Below the pieces are notes generated by a model, which was not told the origin of the DNA, ran no database searches, and saw nothing but the letters and a program-made list of their open reading frames with translations. Below are positions 8,824-19,335 of a stretch of DNA of 64,000 nucleotides, piece after piece. A program made the translations under genes and the position numbers. Source of the DNA: Microthrixaceae bacterium (lineage in GTDB: Bacteria > Actinomycetota > Acidimicrobiia > Acidimicrobiales > Microtrichaceae); contig JAPXRJ010000001.1 of NCBI GenBank assembly GCA_033813615.1, positions 8,515-72,514 of the forward strand, read 5' to 3'. How positions within the stretch are numbered: position 1 is the first letter of the stretch; each line of letters begins with the position of its first letter.

Positions 8824-10384
8824 TCCCGCCGGTGCGGATCCCGTCGGATCCGACCTCGACGGTGATCTGGTGGACCCCGACGGCAAGCCGCGTGAGGCGT
8901 GCGGTGTGTTCGGGGTGTACGCGCCGGGGTCCCCGGTCGCCCACCTGGCCTACCTGGGCATCTACGCGTTGCAGCACCGCGGCCAGGAGTCGGCCGGCAT
9001 CGCCAGCTCCGACGGCGACCACCTGACGGTGGTCAAGGACATGGGCCTGGTGTCGAACGTGTTCGACGACCGCACCCTCGTCGCGCTCGAGGGCGACCTG
9101 GCGATCGGCCACACCCGCTACTCGACCACGGGGTCGAGCCTGTGGAAGAACTCCCAGCCCCTGTTCCGCGACGTCGGTCACGTGCAGTTCGCGCTCGCGC
9201 ACAACGGCAACCTGGTGAACACCGCCGAGCTGGTCGACGACGCCGGCATGCTCCCCGGCACCGTCTCGTCGGACACCGACGCGATGGCCGAGGTGATCGC
9301 GATGGAGTGCGAGCGGATCGGTCCCGGGACCGACACCCTGGAGCGGGCGCTGCTCGCCGTGCTGCCGACGTTCACCGGTGCGTTCTCGCTGTGCTTGATG
9401 GACCGCGAGCGCGTGATCGGGCTGCGCGACCCGCACGGCTTCCGGCCGCTGTGCCTGGGCAAGCTGGACTCCGGGTGGGTGCTGGCGTCGGAGACGCCCG
9501 CGCTCGACATCGTCGGTGCGCACTTCGTCCGGGAGCTCGACCCGGGGGAGATGGTCGTGATCGACGGCGACGGCGTCCGGTCCCTGCGACCCTTCGACGC
9601 TGGTCAGGTGGACCCCAAGCTCTGCCTCTTCGAGTTCGTGTACTTCGCCCGACCCGACTCGCAGCTCTATGACCGCAACGTCCACCAGGCCCGCGTCCGG
9701 ATGGGCGAGCAGCTGGCCGAGCACGCGCCGGTCGACGCCGACATGGTCATGGGCGTCCCGGAGTCCGGCATCCCTGCGGCGGAGGGCTACGCCCGCCGTT
9801 CCGGCATCCCCTTCGGTCACGGCCTCGTCAAGAACCGCTACATCGGCCGCACGTTCATCGCTCCCAGCCAGGAGATGCGTGCGCTCGGCGTGCGCATGAA
9901 GCTCAACCCCCTGCGGGAGAACATCGAAGGGCGGCGGCTGGTCGTCGTCGACGACTCGATCGTCCGGGGAACGACCACCAAGGCGATGGTGTCGATGCTG
10001 CGGGAGGCCGGCGCCAAGGAGGTGCACCTGCGGGTGAGCTCGCCGCCGTACCGCTGGCCGTGCTTCTACGGCATGGACACCGGCACTCGCGGAGAGCTGC
10101 TCGCCGCCAACCTGGAGGTGGAGGAGATCCGCCGGTACCTCAACGTCGACACCCTGTCGTACCTCAGCCTCGACCGACTGGTCGCCGCCATCGGTGCGCC
10201 CGGAGCTGGGTTCTGCGACGCGTGCCTGACCGGCACCTACCCCGTGGAGATCCCCGTCGAGGTGGGCAAGGGCGTCCTCGACGTCGATGCCGCAGTCCCC
10301 CAGGAGGGCGTGTCGGAGATGGGCTCGGTGCTGTTCGCCGACGCGGGTCGGCTGCCGTCGGACGAGGCAGCGTCCGATGGGTGA
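8810..10384 (+). CDS. purF: Amidophosphoribosyltransferase (start approximate)
   Basis: EACGVFG propeptide site, LQHRGQE, HTRYST, VDDSIVRGTT, CFYG, CDAC. Confidence 0.97.
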   Translation: MTPADPAGADPVGSDLDGDLVDPDGKPREACGVFGVYAPGSPVAHLAYLGIYALQHRGQESAGIASSDGDHLTVVKDMGLVSNVFDDRTLVALEGDLAIGHTRYSTTGSSLWKNSQPLFRDVGHVQFALAHNGNLVNTAELVDDAGMLPGTVSSDTDAMAEVIAMECERIGPGTDTLERALLAVLPTFTGAFSLCLMDRERVIGLRDPHGFRPLCLGKLDSGWVLASETPALDIVGAHFVRELDPGEMVVIDGDGVRSLRPFDAGQVDPKLCLFEFVYFARPDSQLYDRNVHQARVRMGEQLAEHAPVDADMVMGVPESGIPAAEGYARRSGIPFGHGLVKNRYIGRTFIAPSQEMRALGVRMKLNPLRENIEGRRLVVVDDSIVRGTTTKAMVSMLREAGAKEVHLRVSSPPYRWPCFYGMDTGTRGELLAANLEVEEIRRYLNVDTLSYLSLDRLVAAIGAPGAGFCDACLTGTYPVEIPVEVGKGVLDVDAAVPQEGVSEMGSVLFADAGRLPSDEAASDG

Positions 10385-11414
10385 GACCTACGCCGGTGCC
10401 GGCGTGTCGATCGACGCAGGCGAGGACGCGGTCGATCGCATCAAGGGCCACGTCGCCTCCACCCGGCGCCCCGAGGTCCTGGGCGGCATCGGGGGGTTCG
10501 GCGGCCTGTTCTCCTTCGACACGTCGGGATACGACCAGCCGGTGCTCGTCTCGACCACCGACGGGGTGGGCACCAAGGCGCTGATCGCCACCGCGACCGG
10601 CCGCTATGACACGATCGGGCTGGACCTCGTCGCCATGTGCGTCGACGACCTGGTGTGCCAGGGCGCCGAGCCGCTGTTCTTCCTGGACTACATCTCGATC
10701 GGCAAGGTCGACCCCGACGTGATCGACCAGCTCGTCGCCGGCGTGGCCGAGGGCTGCCGCCAGGCCGGCTGCGCGCTCGTCGGCGGTGAGATGGCCGAGC
10801 ACGCCGGCGTCATGGAACCCGGCGAGTTCGACCTGGTCGGCTTCGCCGTCGGTGCCGTCGAGCGCTCCCGGATGCTCACCGGAGAGGCCGTGACCCCTGG
10901 CGACGTGCTGGTCGCGCTGCCGTCCCCCGGGCTGCGCTCCAACGGCTACACCCTGGCCCGCCGCCTGATGTTCGACGTGGCGGGTCGCTCGCTCGACGAT
11001 CCGGCGTGGGACGGACCCGACGCCCCGAGCGTCGCCGACGAGCTCCTCCGGCCGTCGGTGATCTACGCCCCAGCCGTCCGGGCGCTGCTCGCCGCGGTCC
11101 CGGTGCACGCCGTCGCCCACATCACCGGTGGCGGCCTGCCCGGAAACCTCAACCGGGTGATCGGCGACGCCGCCGACGCGGTGGTCGAGCCCTCGTCGTG
11201 GGAGCCGCCGCGGATCTTCGACGAGCTCCAGCGCATCGGCGACGTCGAGCGCGACGAGATGCGCCGCGTGTTCAACCTGGGTGTGGGAATGGTGGCCGCC
11301 GTGCCTGCGGATGCCGCGTCCACTGCGCTCGACGTGCTCGCCGGCGAGGGGTTGGCGGCCCGGATCATCGGCGAGGTGGTCCCCGGCGACGGCCAGGTGC
11401 GCTTCACCGATTGA
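10377..11414 (+). CDS. purM: Phosphoribosylformylglycinamidine cyclo-ligase
   Basis: YAGAGV, GGFGGLF, DGVGTK, GGEMAEH, HITGGG. Confidence 0.97.
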   Translation: MGETYAGAGVSIDAGEDAVDRIKGHVASTRRPEVLGGIGGFGGLFSFDTSGYDQPVLVSTTDGVGTKALIATATGRYDTIGLDLVAMCVDDLVCQGAEPLFFLDYISIGKVDPDVIDQLVAGVAEGCRQAGCALVGGEMAEHAGVMEPGEFDLVGFAVGAVERSRMLTGEAVTPGDVLVALPSPGLRSNGYTLARRLMFDVAGRSLDDPAWDGPDAPSVADELLRPSVIYAPAVRALLAAVPVHAVAHITGGGLPGNLNRVIGDAADAVVEPSSWEPPRIFDELQRIGDVERDEMRRVFNLGVGMVAAVPADAASTALDVLAGEGLAARIIGEVVPGDGQVRFTD

Positions 11415-11444
11415 GCCGCCGGGCCCTGCGGTACCGTCGGAGCG

Positions 11445-12590
11445 ATGACGGAGTTCACCCAGCCGGCGGCCCACGGAACGCTCTCGTCGTGGGACGACTA
11501 CCCGGTCCACCAGGCAGCCGAGACGGTCCGCCACGTGACGACGGGGGACCGGAACTTCTACGACCGCTACTACTTCAACTGCCATGCCAACGACGGATCC
11601 GCGTTCATGGTCTTCGGGCTCGGTCAGTACCCGAACCTGGCGGTGCAGGACGCGTTCGCGTGCGTGGTGAGCGGCGAGGACCACCGGGTGCTGCGGGCGT
11701 CGCGGGAGCTCGACGACCGGATGGACACCTCCGTCGGGCCGCTGCGGGTCGAGGTGATCCGGCCGCTGCACGAGCTGCGGATCGTGTGCGACCCCAACGA
11801 CCGGAGCGACCTGTCGCTGGACCTGCGCTGGGTGGGGTCCATGCCCGCGTTCGAGGAGCCGCGCCAGTACGTGCGTCGCCACGGCCGGACGCTGTTCGAC
11901 TCCATGCGCCTCGCTCAGACCGGCCGCTGGAGCGGGACGATCACCAGCGGCACCACGACCTTCGACGTCACCCCCGACTCGTGGTGGGGGACCCGCGACC
12001 GCAGCTGGGGCATCCGTCCCGTCGGTGAGGAGGAGCCCATGGGCATCCGCACCGAGGGCCAGATGCAGGGCATGTGGAACTACGCGCCGATGCAGTTCGA
12101 GGACCACTCGATCCTCTACATCTGCAACGAGCACGACGACGGCAGGCGCGAGCTCGAAGAGGCGGTGCGCATCTGGCACGACCCCGGACGGGCGCCCGAC
12201 TGGCTCGGCCGTCCCGAACACGACGCCGTGATCACCCCCGGCACCCGCCGCATCGAGTCCTCCACGCTGTCGTTCCCCGACGCACCGGGCGGTGCGATCG
12301 ACATCGCGGTCGCCCCGCTCATGGATTGCTGGTTGATGCTCGGCACGGGCTACGGCATCGAGGCCGACTGGCGCCACGGCATGTACCAGGGGCCGCTGGT
12401 GGTCCAGGGGGTGGAGATCGACTACCGGCGCGACTCGGACCGACTGTTCGGCCTGGTCGACCAGGTGGCCCGCTTCACGCAGTCGGGCGGGTCCGGCGAC
12501 GGGGCGGTCGGCTTCGGCCTGCACGAGTTCTTCTTCATCGGCGACTTCAGCCGCTACGGCCTCGTCGGCTGGGACCCGCTCCCGGCCTGA
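11445..12590 (+). CDS. Conserved actinobacterial hypothetical protein (DDYPVHQ...YDRYYF...RDRSWG family)
   Basis: Typical codon usage; probably leaderless (TACCGT 7 nt before ATG); function not assignable. Confidence 0.75.
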   Translation: MTEFTQPAAHGTLSSWDDYPVHQAAETVRHVTTGDRNFYDRYYFNCHANDGSAFMVFGLGQYPNLAVQDAFACVVSGEDHRVLRASRELDDRMDTSVGPLRVEVIRPLHELRIVCDPNDRSDLSLDLRWVGSMPAFEEPRQYVRRHGRTLFDSMRLAQTGRWSGTITSGTTTFDVTPDSWWGTRDRSWGIRPVGEEEPMGIRTEGQMQGMWNYAPMQFEDHSILYICNEHDDGRRELEEAVRIWHDPGRAPDWLGRPEHDAVITPGTRRIESSTLSFPDAPGGAIDIAVAPLMDCWLMLGTGYGIEADWRHGMYQGPLVVQGVEIDYRRDSDRLFGLVDQVARFTQSGGSGDGAVGFGLHEFFFIGDFSRYGLVGWDPLPA

Positions 12591-12643
12591 TCGATCGGTC
12601 CAGAACGTCGGCCGAACGGATCTCGTTGGGTAGGTTCGGCGCC

Positions 12644-13210
12644 ATGTCCGACCCTGCGCCCACCGCGAGCCCCGAGCTCGTCGCCCACCTGCTCGAGCAC
12701 TCCGTCAAGGAGGGTGACTTCACGCTGAAGTCGGGCCGCAAGAGCAGCTGGTTCATCGACTCCAAGCAGACCGCGTGCGACCCCGACGGCGTGCTGCTGA
12801 TGGCCCGGGCCGCCGCGGCGGTCATCGGCGATGACGCCACCGCCATCGGCGGGCTGACCGTCGGTGCCGATCCGGTCGCCTACGGAGTGGCCGCGGTGCT
12901 GGCGACGCAGGGCCGTCGGCTGCGCAGCTTCACGATCCGCAAGGAGGCCAAGGACCACGGCGTGACCGGCCGCCTCGCCGGGCCGCTGCGGGCCGGCGAC
13001 AGGGTCGTCATCACCGAGGACACCGTCACCCGGGGGACGTCGCTGTTCGAGGCGGTCGAGGTGGTGCGCGAGCTCGGAGCGGAGCCCGTGCTGATCATGC
13101 CGCTGGTCGACCGAGGCGGAACCTGCGCCGCCATGGCCGCAGAGGCCGGCATCGCGTATCGGCCGCTCGTGACCGCCCTCGACCTGGGCTTCGCCTACGA
13201 AGGACCCTGA
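12644..13210 (+). CDS. pyrE: Orotate phosphoribosyltransferase
   Basis: GDFTLKSG, RKEAKDHG, VITEDTVTRG PRPP loop. Confidence 0.92.
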   Translation: MSDPAPTASPELVAHLLEHSVKEGDFTLKSGRKSSWFIDSKQTACDPDGVLLMARAAAAVIGDDATAIGGLTVGADPVAYGVAAVLATQGRRLRSFTIRKEAKDHGVTGRLAGPLRAGDRVVITEDTVTRGTSLFEAVEVVRELGAEPVLIMPLVDRGGTCAAMAAEAGIAYRPLVTALDLGFAYEGP

Positions 13211-13263
13211 CCGGCCGACCCTTTCGGTGCACGTCGCGCACCAGCGGTAGCGTCGTGGGCCGT

Positions 13264-14664
<1,401 letters not shown>

Positions 14665-14745
14665 GGTAGCAAGAACGCTGTCCGCTGCGGTCGGGACCGA
14701 CATCGATCTCGTCTCGCTGCTCCGACGTGGCGTCACACGATCCGG

Positions 14746-14779
14746 AGAAGCAAGAAACCCCTGCAGAGCAGGGGCTTCT
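14746..14779 (-). terminator. Intrinsic terminator after tRNA cluster
   Basis: Minus strand AGAAGCCCCTGC-TCT-GCAGGGGTTTCT followed by TGCTTCT. Confidence 0.75.
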
Positions 14780-14783
14780 CGAG

Positions 14784-14856
14784 TGGTCGGGACCGGCGTC
14801 GATCCGGTGACCTACCGCTTTTCAGGCGGTCGCTCTGCCAACTGAGCTACCCGACC
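14784..14856 (-). tRNA. tRNA-Phe (GAA); CCA not encoded
   Basis: GGTCGGGTAGCTCAGTTGGCAGAGCG..., anticodon arm ACCGC-CTGAAAA-GCGGT. Confidence 0.95.
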
Positions 14857-14898
14857 GTTCCTCCGCCGACCACCCGGATGGACCGGGCAGCGGCGAAG

Positions 14899-14976
14899 TG
14901 GCGGTCCCGACGGGATTTGAACCCGCGACCTCCGGCTTGACAGGCCGGCGTGCACTCCAAACTGCACCACGGGACC
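14899..14976 (-). tRNA. tRNA-Asp (GTC); CCA encoded
   Basis: GGTCCCGTGGTGCAG...CCGGC-CTGTCAA-GCCGG...GGTTCAAATCC...GCCA. Confidence 0.96.
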
Positions 14977-15020
14977 ACGAACTTCGACTGCAACACCTGC
15001 AACTGCAACACCTGCGACTG

Positions 15021-15093
15021 CACCCCCAACGGGATTCGAACCCGTGTTACCTCCTTGAAAGGGAGGCGTCCTAGGCCACTGGACGATGGGGGC
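15021..15093 (-). tRNA. tRNA-Glu (TTC)
   Basis: GCCCCCATCGTCCAGTGGCCTAGGACG...CCTCC-CTTTCAA-GGAGG...GGTTCGAATCC. Confidence 0.96.
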
Positions 15094-15207
15094 TCCCCAT
15101 CCCCGTGGAGGGGTCGGGTCAACATAGCAGCAGCCGCGAGGGCCGCCAAAGGCGGATCCTCGGGTGGTGCGCTGCTCGGGTGGCTCGGCGCTCGGACGGC
15201 GCGCTGC

Positions 15208-16293
15208 TCAGGCGCCCGTCGACAGCCTGTCGACCTCGGTGGCTCCCAACGGTGTCGCGGCGCCGGGCGGGGCGAACGCCACCCAGCTCCGTCCGGCCGG
15301 TATCGCCAGGGGCGTGCCGTCGGTGGTGGTGAACGTGAACGGCTCTGCGGCCGCGGCTCGAGTCCAGCGCACCGCGGTGACCTGCCCGTCCCAGAGGACC
15401 AGCCCGTCGCCGCCGCCGACCGAGACGAGCTCGGGCTGGCGAACATCCCACGGTGCGTGTCGGTAGAGCGAGTCGACGACGAGGACCACATCGACGCCGA
15501 GCTGGCGGTCCGCGTCGTCGACGTGCGCTCGGCCGTGCGCCCGTCGGAGCCACTCGCCGCGCTCGTCGTCCCAGGTGAAGAGGACCTCCGTCGACGCCGA
15601 GAACCGGATGTGCACGCCCGCGACCGGGAGCCCGGGCGGTGTCACGTCGCTGGGACCGGCGTGTGCGAACGGCGTCCGCGCCGATCCCGAGCCGGTGGCG
15701 TGCTCGCGCACGCCGACGGTCGTCAGGAACAGGTTGTGCGGTGCCCGCAGGGCTCGGTCGCGGCGGAACACCTCCGATCCCCCGCTCGAGTCGGGCGTGT
15801 AGGTGACGAACGGCTCCTGGCTCGCCGCTTCCAGCGTGTGTCGGTTGGCGCCGGAGAAGGCGATGATCGGTTCGCCCAGGCTGGCGGCGAGGTCGAAGTC
15901 GGAGCTCCTCAACGAGCGCACCGGTCCGACTCGCTCGGCGTCCTGTGACTGGAACAGCGCCAGGCAGCGGGTGATGCCGCCCTCGACCAGCTCCTCGTAG
16001 ACGATGTCGGCGCGCTCGATCCCGCTGAAGGTCGTGATCCCGGGGTGCTGGTCGACCTTGACGCCGAGCACGGAGCGATCGTCGGCGGCGTCGACGGGGA
16101 GGCCGGTGAGCGGTGCGGTCGCCCCGGATGGCGCCGGGACGGTGCTGGACGTCGTGGTCGACGTCGTGGTCGTCGTGGCGGGTGGGTCATCCGATCGCCC
16201 GACCGCCCACACGGCCACGGCGCCCGCCGCGAGCGCCGCGAGCACGGCGAGCGCACCGGCGACTCGGGCCAGGCGTCGGTCCCGTGGTGTCAC
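15208..16293 (-). CDS. DUF3048 (YerB-like) membrane-anchored protein
   Basis: PLTGL, VKVD, ADIVYEELVEGGITR, GPVRS, RAPHNL. Confidence 0.85.
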   Translation of the reverse strand: MTPRDRRLARVAGALAVLAALAAGAVAVWAVGRSDDPPATTTTTSTTTSSTVPAPSGATAPLTGLPVDAADDRSVLGVKVDQHPGITTFSGIERADIVYEELVEGGITRCLALFQSQDAERVGPVRSLRSSDFDLAASLGEPIIAFSGANRHTLEAASQEPFVTYTPDSSGGSEVFRRDRALRAPHNLFLTTVGVREHATGSGSARTPFAHAGPSDVTPPGLPVAGVHIRFSASTEVLFTWDDERGEWLRRAHGRAHVDDADRQLGVDVVLVVDSLYRHAPWDVRQPELVSVGGGDGLVLWDGQVTAVRWTRAAAAEPFTFTTTDGTPLAIPAGRSWVAFAPPGAATPLGATEVDRLSTGA

Positions 16294-16324
16294 CGGGCGC
16301 CCTGCGTCGGTCCCGGGTCGGGTG

Positions 16325-16795
16325 TCACAGTCGCGACGAGCGGGCGGAGACGACGGCGTCGAGCAGGAAGCCGAGCACCTCGTAGGCCTGGTAGGTCGCT
16401 GCGTTGGTGTCGTCGACGGCGACCTCGTCGGCATCGTCGTCGATGTCGAGCACGGTGCCGAGCACGAGCCGCACGTCGTTGATCGACCGCATCCACGCGC
16501 CGATCTGGTCCTCGTCGAGGGTGGTTGCCTGGGAGGAGGCGATGAGGGCGTCGAGGCTGCTCAGCCGGTGCTCGATCAGCTCGGGCCGGGCGAGCGCGGT
16601 CCACCCCTCGTTGCGCTCGGTGTCGTCGCCGTAGGGCGGCGGGAACAGCCGCCGCAGGGCGGGGCTGTCGGTCTCCAGCAGCAGACCCTTGAGCTGCTCG
16701 CCCACGGATCGCAGCAGCTCGCGCTCGTTCGGTCCGAGGTCGACCACGTAGGAGCCGTCGGCGGCGGCACTGACGGGAGATCGGAACCGTGGCAT
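16325..16795 (-). CDS. DUF2017 family protein
   Basis: PALRRLFPP, AWMRSINDVRLVLG; usual neighbour of clpS in actinobacteria. Confidence 0.85.
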   Translation of the reverse strand: MPRFRSPVSAAADGSYVVDLGPNERELLRSVGEQLKGLLLETDSPALRRLFPPPYGDDTERNEGWTALARPELIEHRLSSLDALIASSQATTLDEDQIGAWMRSINDVRLVLGTVLDIDDDADEVAVDDTNAATYQAYEVLGFLLDAVVSARSSRL

Positions 16796-16799
16796 CCGC

Positions 16800-17090
16800 T
16801 CAGTCCTGCTGCATCGTGGCCCAGAGGCCGTGCTCGTGGAGTCGGAACACGTCGCGCTCGGCCTCGGAGCGGGGGCCGCTCGACACCACGGCCCTGCCCT
16901 CGTGGTGGACCTGCAGCATCAGGGTGGTCGCCTCGTCCTTGGAGTAGCCGAACAGCTTCTGGAGCACGAAGGTCACGTAGCTCATGAGGTTGATCGGGTC
17001 GTTCCAGACCAACACGACCCAGGGCGTGTCGATGTCGACGACGTCGGACAGGTCGGGTTCGACGACGCCGATCGGCGCGGGACTGGACAC
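16800..17090 (-). CDS. clpS: Clp protease adaptor ClpS
   Basis: [23 protein letters not shown]. Confidence 0.95.
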   Translation of the reverse strand: MSSPAPIGVVEPDLSDVVDIDTPWVVLVWNDPINLMSYVTFVLQKLFGYSKDEATTLMLQVHHEGRAVVSSGPRSEAERDVFRLHEHGLWATMQQD

Positions 17091-17099
17091 CCCCTGAGG

Positions 17100-18086
17100 C
17101 TACGCGTGCGAGCCGACACCGGCGGTCAGCCCTCCGGCGCCCGCTTCGCCAGGGCGCGTCGGGGGGAGGTCGCCGGGTGCGGAGAGGCCCAGGTGGAACC
17201 AGATCGTCGTGCCCAGCACGGCGGTGGCGCCTGCGATGTGGAGCGCGACGAGCCACGCAGGGATGCCGAGCTCGTACTGCGTGTAGCCGATCGCCCCCTG
17301 GGCCACGATCACCGCCAGCAGCGCGTACCCGCGGCGGGTCACGCCGACCGGGGCGCCACCCCGGGCCAGGCGGTACATCAGCACCACGACGACGGCCAGG
17401 AACAACCACATGTTGACGCTGTGGACCCGCACCACGTCGGGGAGGAACCAGTCGAAGCGCCGCGCCGCTGCGTCGCCGGCGTGGGGCCCCGATCCGGTCA
17501 CCGCGGGGCCGGTCGCCATCAGGCAGCACATCAGCACCACCGCAGCGCGGGACAGGACGAGGTCCGTGCGGGCGACGACCGGGCGTCGGGGGCCCTCGGG
17601 CTGACCGGCGCGCCACACGAGCACGACGGCGTCCGCGACCAGCAGCATCGACAGCACGAAGTGCCCCGCCACGGCCAGCGGGTGCAGGTCGACCAGGACG
17701 GTGATGCCGCCCAGGACGATCTGGCCGATCACGCCGGCGACGAGCCCCCACGACAACCACACGAGGTCGCTGCGGTAGGGCCGACGGCGCAGCGAACCGA
17801 GCACCGCGGCGACGACCGCGATCGACACCAGCCCGGTGAACAGGCGGTTCACCTGCTCGATCGTCTGGTTGGTGTCGCCGAACTCCAGGACCTTGTCCTC
17901 CGAGCAGTTGGGCCAGTCCTCGCAACCGAGACCGGAGCCCGAGAGGCGGACCGCGGCGCCGGTCACGACGATCGTGCACAGCAGCACCAGTGCCACCACG
18001 GCGATCGAGCGGTAGGTCCGCGGCGCGAACGTCAAGCGCTCCCGCTCCGGTGCGGCGGAGGACACGGGGGCATCTGGGTCGACCAC
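17100..18086 (-). CDS. ctaA: Haem A synthase (COX15/CtaA)
   Basis: GAAVRLSGSGLGCEDWPNC, IEQVNR, conserved His in TM helices. Confidence 0.92.
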   Translation of the reverse strand: MVDPDAPVSSAAPERERLTFAPRTYRSIAVVALVLLCTIVVTGAAVRLSGSGLGCEDWPNCSEDKVLEFGDTNQTIEQVNRLFTGLVSIAVVAAVLGSLRRRPYRSDLVWLSWGLVAGVIGQIVLGGITVLVDLHPLAVAGHFVLSMLLVADAVVLVWRAGQPEGPRRPVVARTDLVLSRAAVVLMCCLMATGPAVTGSGPHAGDAAARRFDWFLPDVVRVHSVNMWLFLAVVVVLMYRLARGGAPVGVTRRGYALLAVIVAQGAIGYTQYELGIPAWLVALHIAGATAVLGTTIWFHLGLSAPGDLPPTRPGEAGAGGLTAGVGSHA

Positions 18087-18223
18087 GAAGGGTCAGGGTA
18101 GGCGTCGTCGCCGTCGGCTCGGGAGTCGCCACCGGGCGCCGGCTCGTCCGGCGGCGAGCGTTGCGGACACACCGGCGCCGGGCTGGCGGTGGGGTTCGCC
18201 CCCGCCGTAGCGTTGGCGGCGTC

Positions 18224-19141
18224 ATGGTCGCGCCGGCGCTCACCCCTCCGACCTCGGTCGGTGCCAAGTTGGGCTCCAAGGTGGCCGCCTACGTGGCGCT
18301 GACCAAGCCGCGGATCATCGAGCTGCTGCTCGTGACGACCGTGCCCACCATGATCGTCGCCGAGCAGGGCGTCCCGTCGCTGTGGCTGATGGCGGCCACG
18401 GTGATCGGCGGCACGCTCGCCGCCGGTGGCGCCAACGCCATCAACATGTACGTCGACCGCGACATCGATGCCGTGATGGAGCGCACCCAGGACCGTCCGC
18501 TGGTCACCGGTGCGGTCTCGCCCCGCAGCGCCCTGGTCTTCGCCGTGTCGATCGAGGTGCTGGCCTTCTTCTTCCTCTGGCAGGTCGTCAACCTGCTGTC
18601 GGCCGTCCTGGCGGTCAGCGCCTGCCTGTTCTACGTGTTCGTGTACACCCTGTGGCTCAAGCGGAGCTCCAGCCAGAACATCGTCATCGGCGGCGCCGCC
18701 GGTGCCGTTCCGGTCCTGGTGGGCTGGTCGGCGGTCACGAACAGCCTGTCGGTGTCTGCATTCGTGCTCTTCGGGGTCATCTTCTTCTGGACGCCGCCGC
18801 ACTTCTGGGCGCTCGCCATCAAGTACAAGGACGACTACGCCCGAGCGGAGGTGCCGATGCTGCCCTCGGTGGCCTCGCACCGCTCCACGGCGAACCAGAT
18901 CCTGGCCTACACGGTCGTCGTGTGGGCGCTCACCCTCGTCTTCGGCGCCACCGCCGGGCTGGGCCTCCTCTACTGGGCTGCTGCGGTCGTGCTCGGTGCC
19001 GTGTTCACGTGGATGACCGTGGAGCTTCGTCGCACCGAGTCGGCAGCCAACGCCATTCGCACGTTCACGTTCTCGATCACCTACATCACCCTGCTCTTCG
19101 GAGCGATGGCGGTCGACGTGATCGTGCGGAACGGCTGGTGA
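18224..19141 (+). CDS. ctaB: Protohaem IX farnesyltransferase (haem O synthase)
   Basis: LTKPRIIELLL, DRDIDAVMERT..RP, WTPPHFWAL. Confidence 0.96.
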   Translation: MVAPALTPPTSVGAKLGSKVAAYVALTKPRIIELLLVTTVPTMIVAEQGVPSLWLMAATVIGGTLAAGGANAINMYVDRDIDAVMERTQDRPLVTGAVSPRSALVFAVSIEVLAFFFLWQVVNLLSAVLAVSACLFYVFVYTLWLKRSSSQNIVIGGAAGAVPVLVGWSAVTNSLSVSAFVLFGVIFFWTPPHFWALAIKYKDDYARAEVPMLPSVASHRSTANQILAYTVVVWALTLVFGATAGLGLLYWAAAVVLGAVFTWMTVELRRTESAANAIRTFTFSITYITLLFGAMAVDVIVRNGW

Positions 19142-19242
19142 CGGTCCGGTCCTGACGCTTTTCTCAGTGCCTGTCCGGTCGCGGTAGTGTCCGCGCTGAA
19201 CGGCCCGGAGTCGAACGCGGCACCGGTAGGGGTCGGCCACCG

Positions 19243-19312
19243 CAGCAGCCAGAGCCAGCAGCCAGAGCAAGAGCCAGCAGCCAGAGCAAGAGCCAGCCAG
19301 AGACAGCAGGGA
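19243..19312 (+). repeat. T-free purine/C-rich imperfect repeats (AGCAGCCAGAGC...) in the oxidase operon leader
   Basis: AGCAGCCAGAGC occurs three times, with AAGAGCC links. Confidence 0.7.
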
Positions 19313-19335
19313 CGAGGCAGAGGGCAGAACGACGC

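Noticed and set aside
14700-15100. Integrative element at the tRNA cluster
   Set aside because: No integrase and no duplicated tRNA 3' end seen; flanks are core genes
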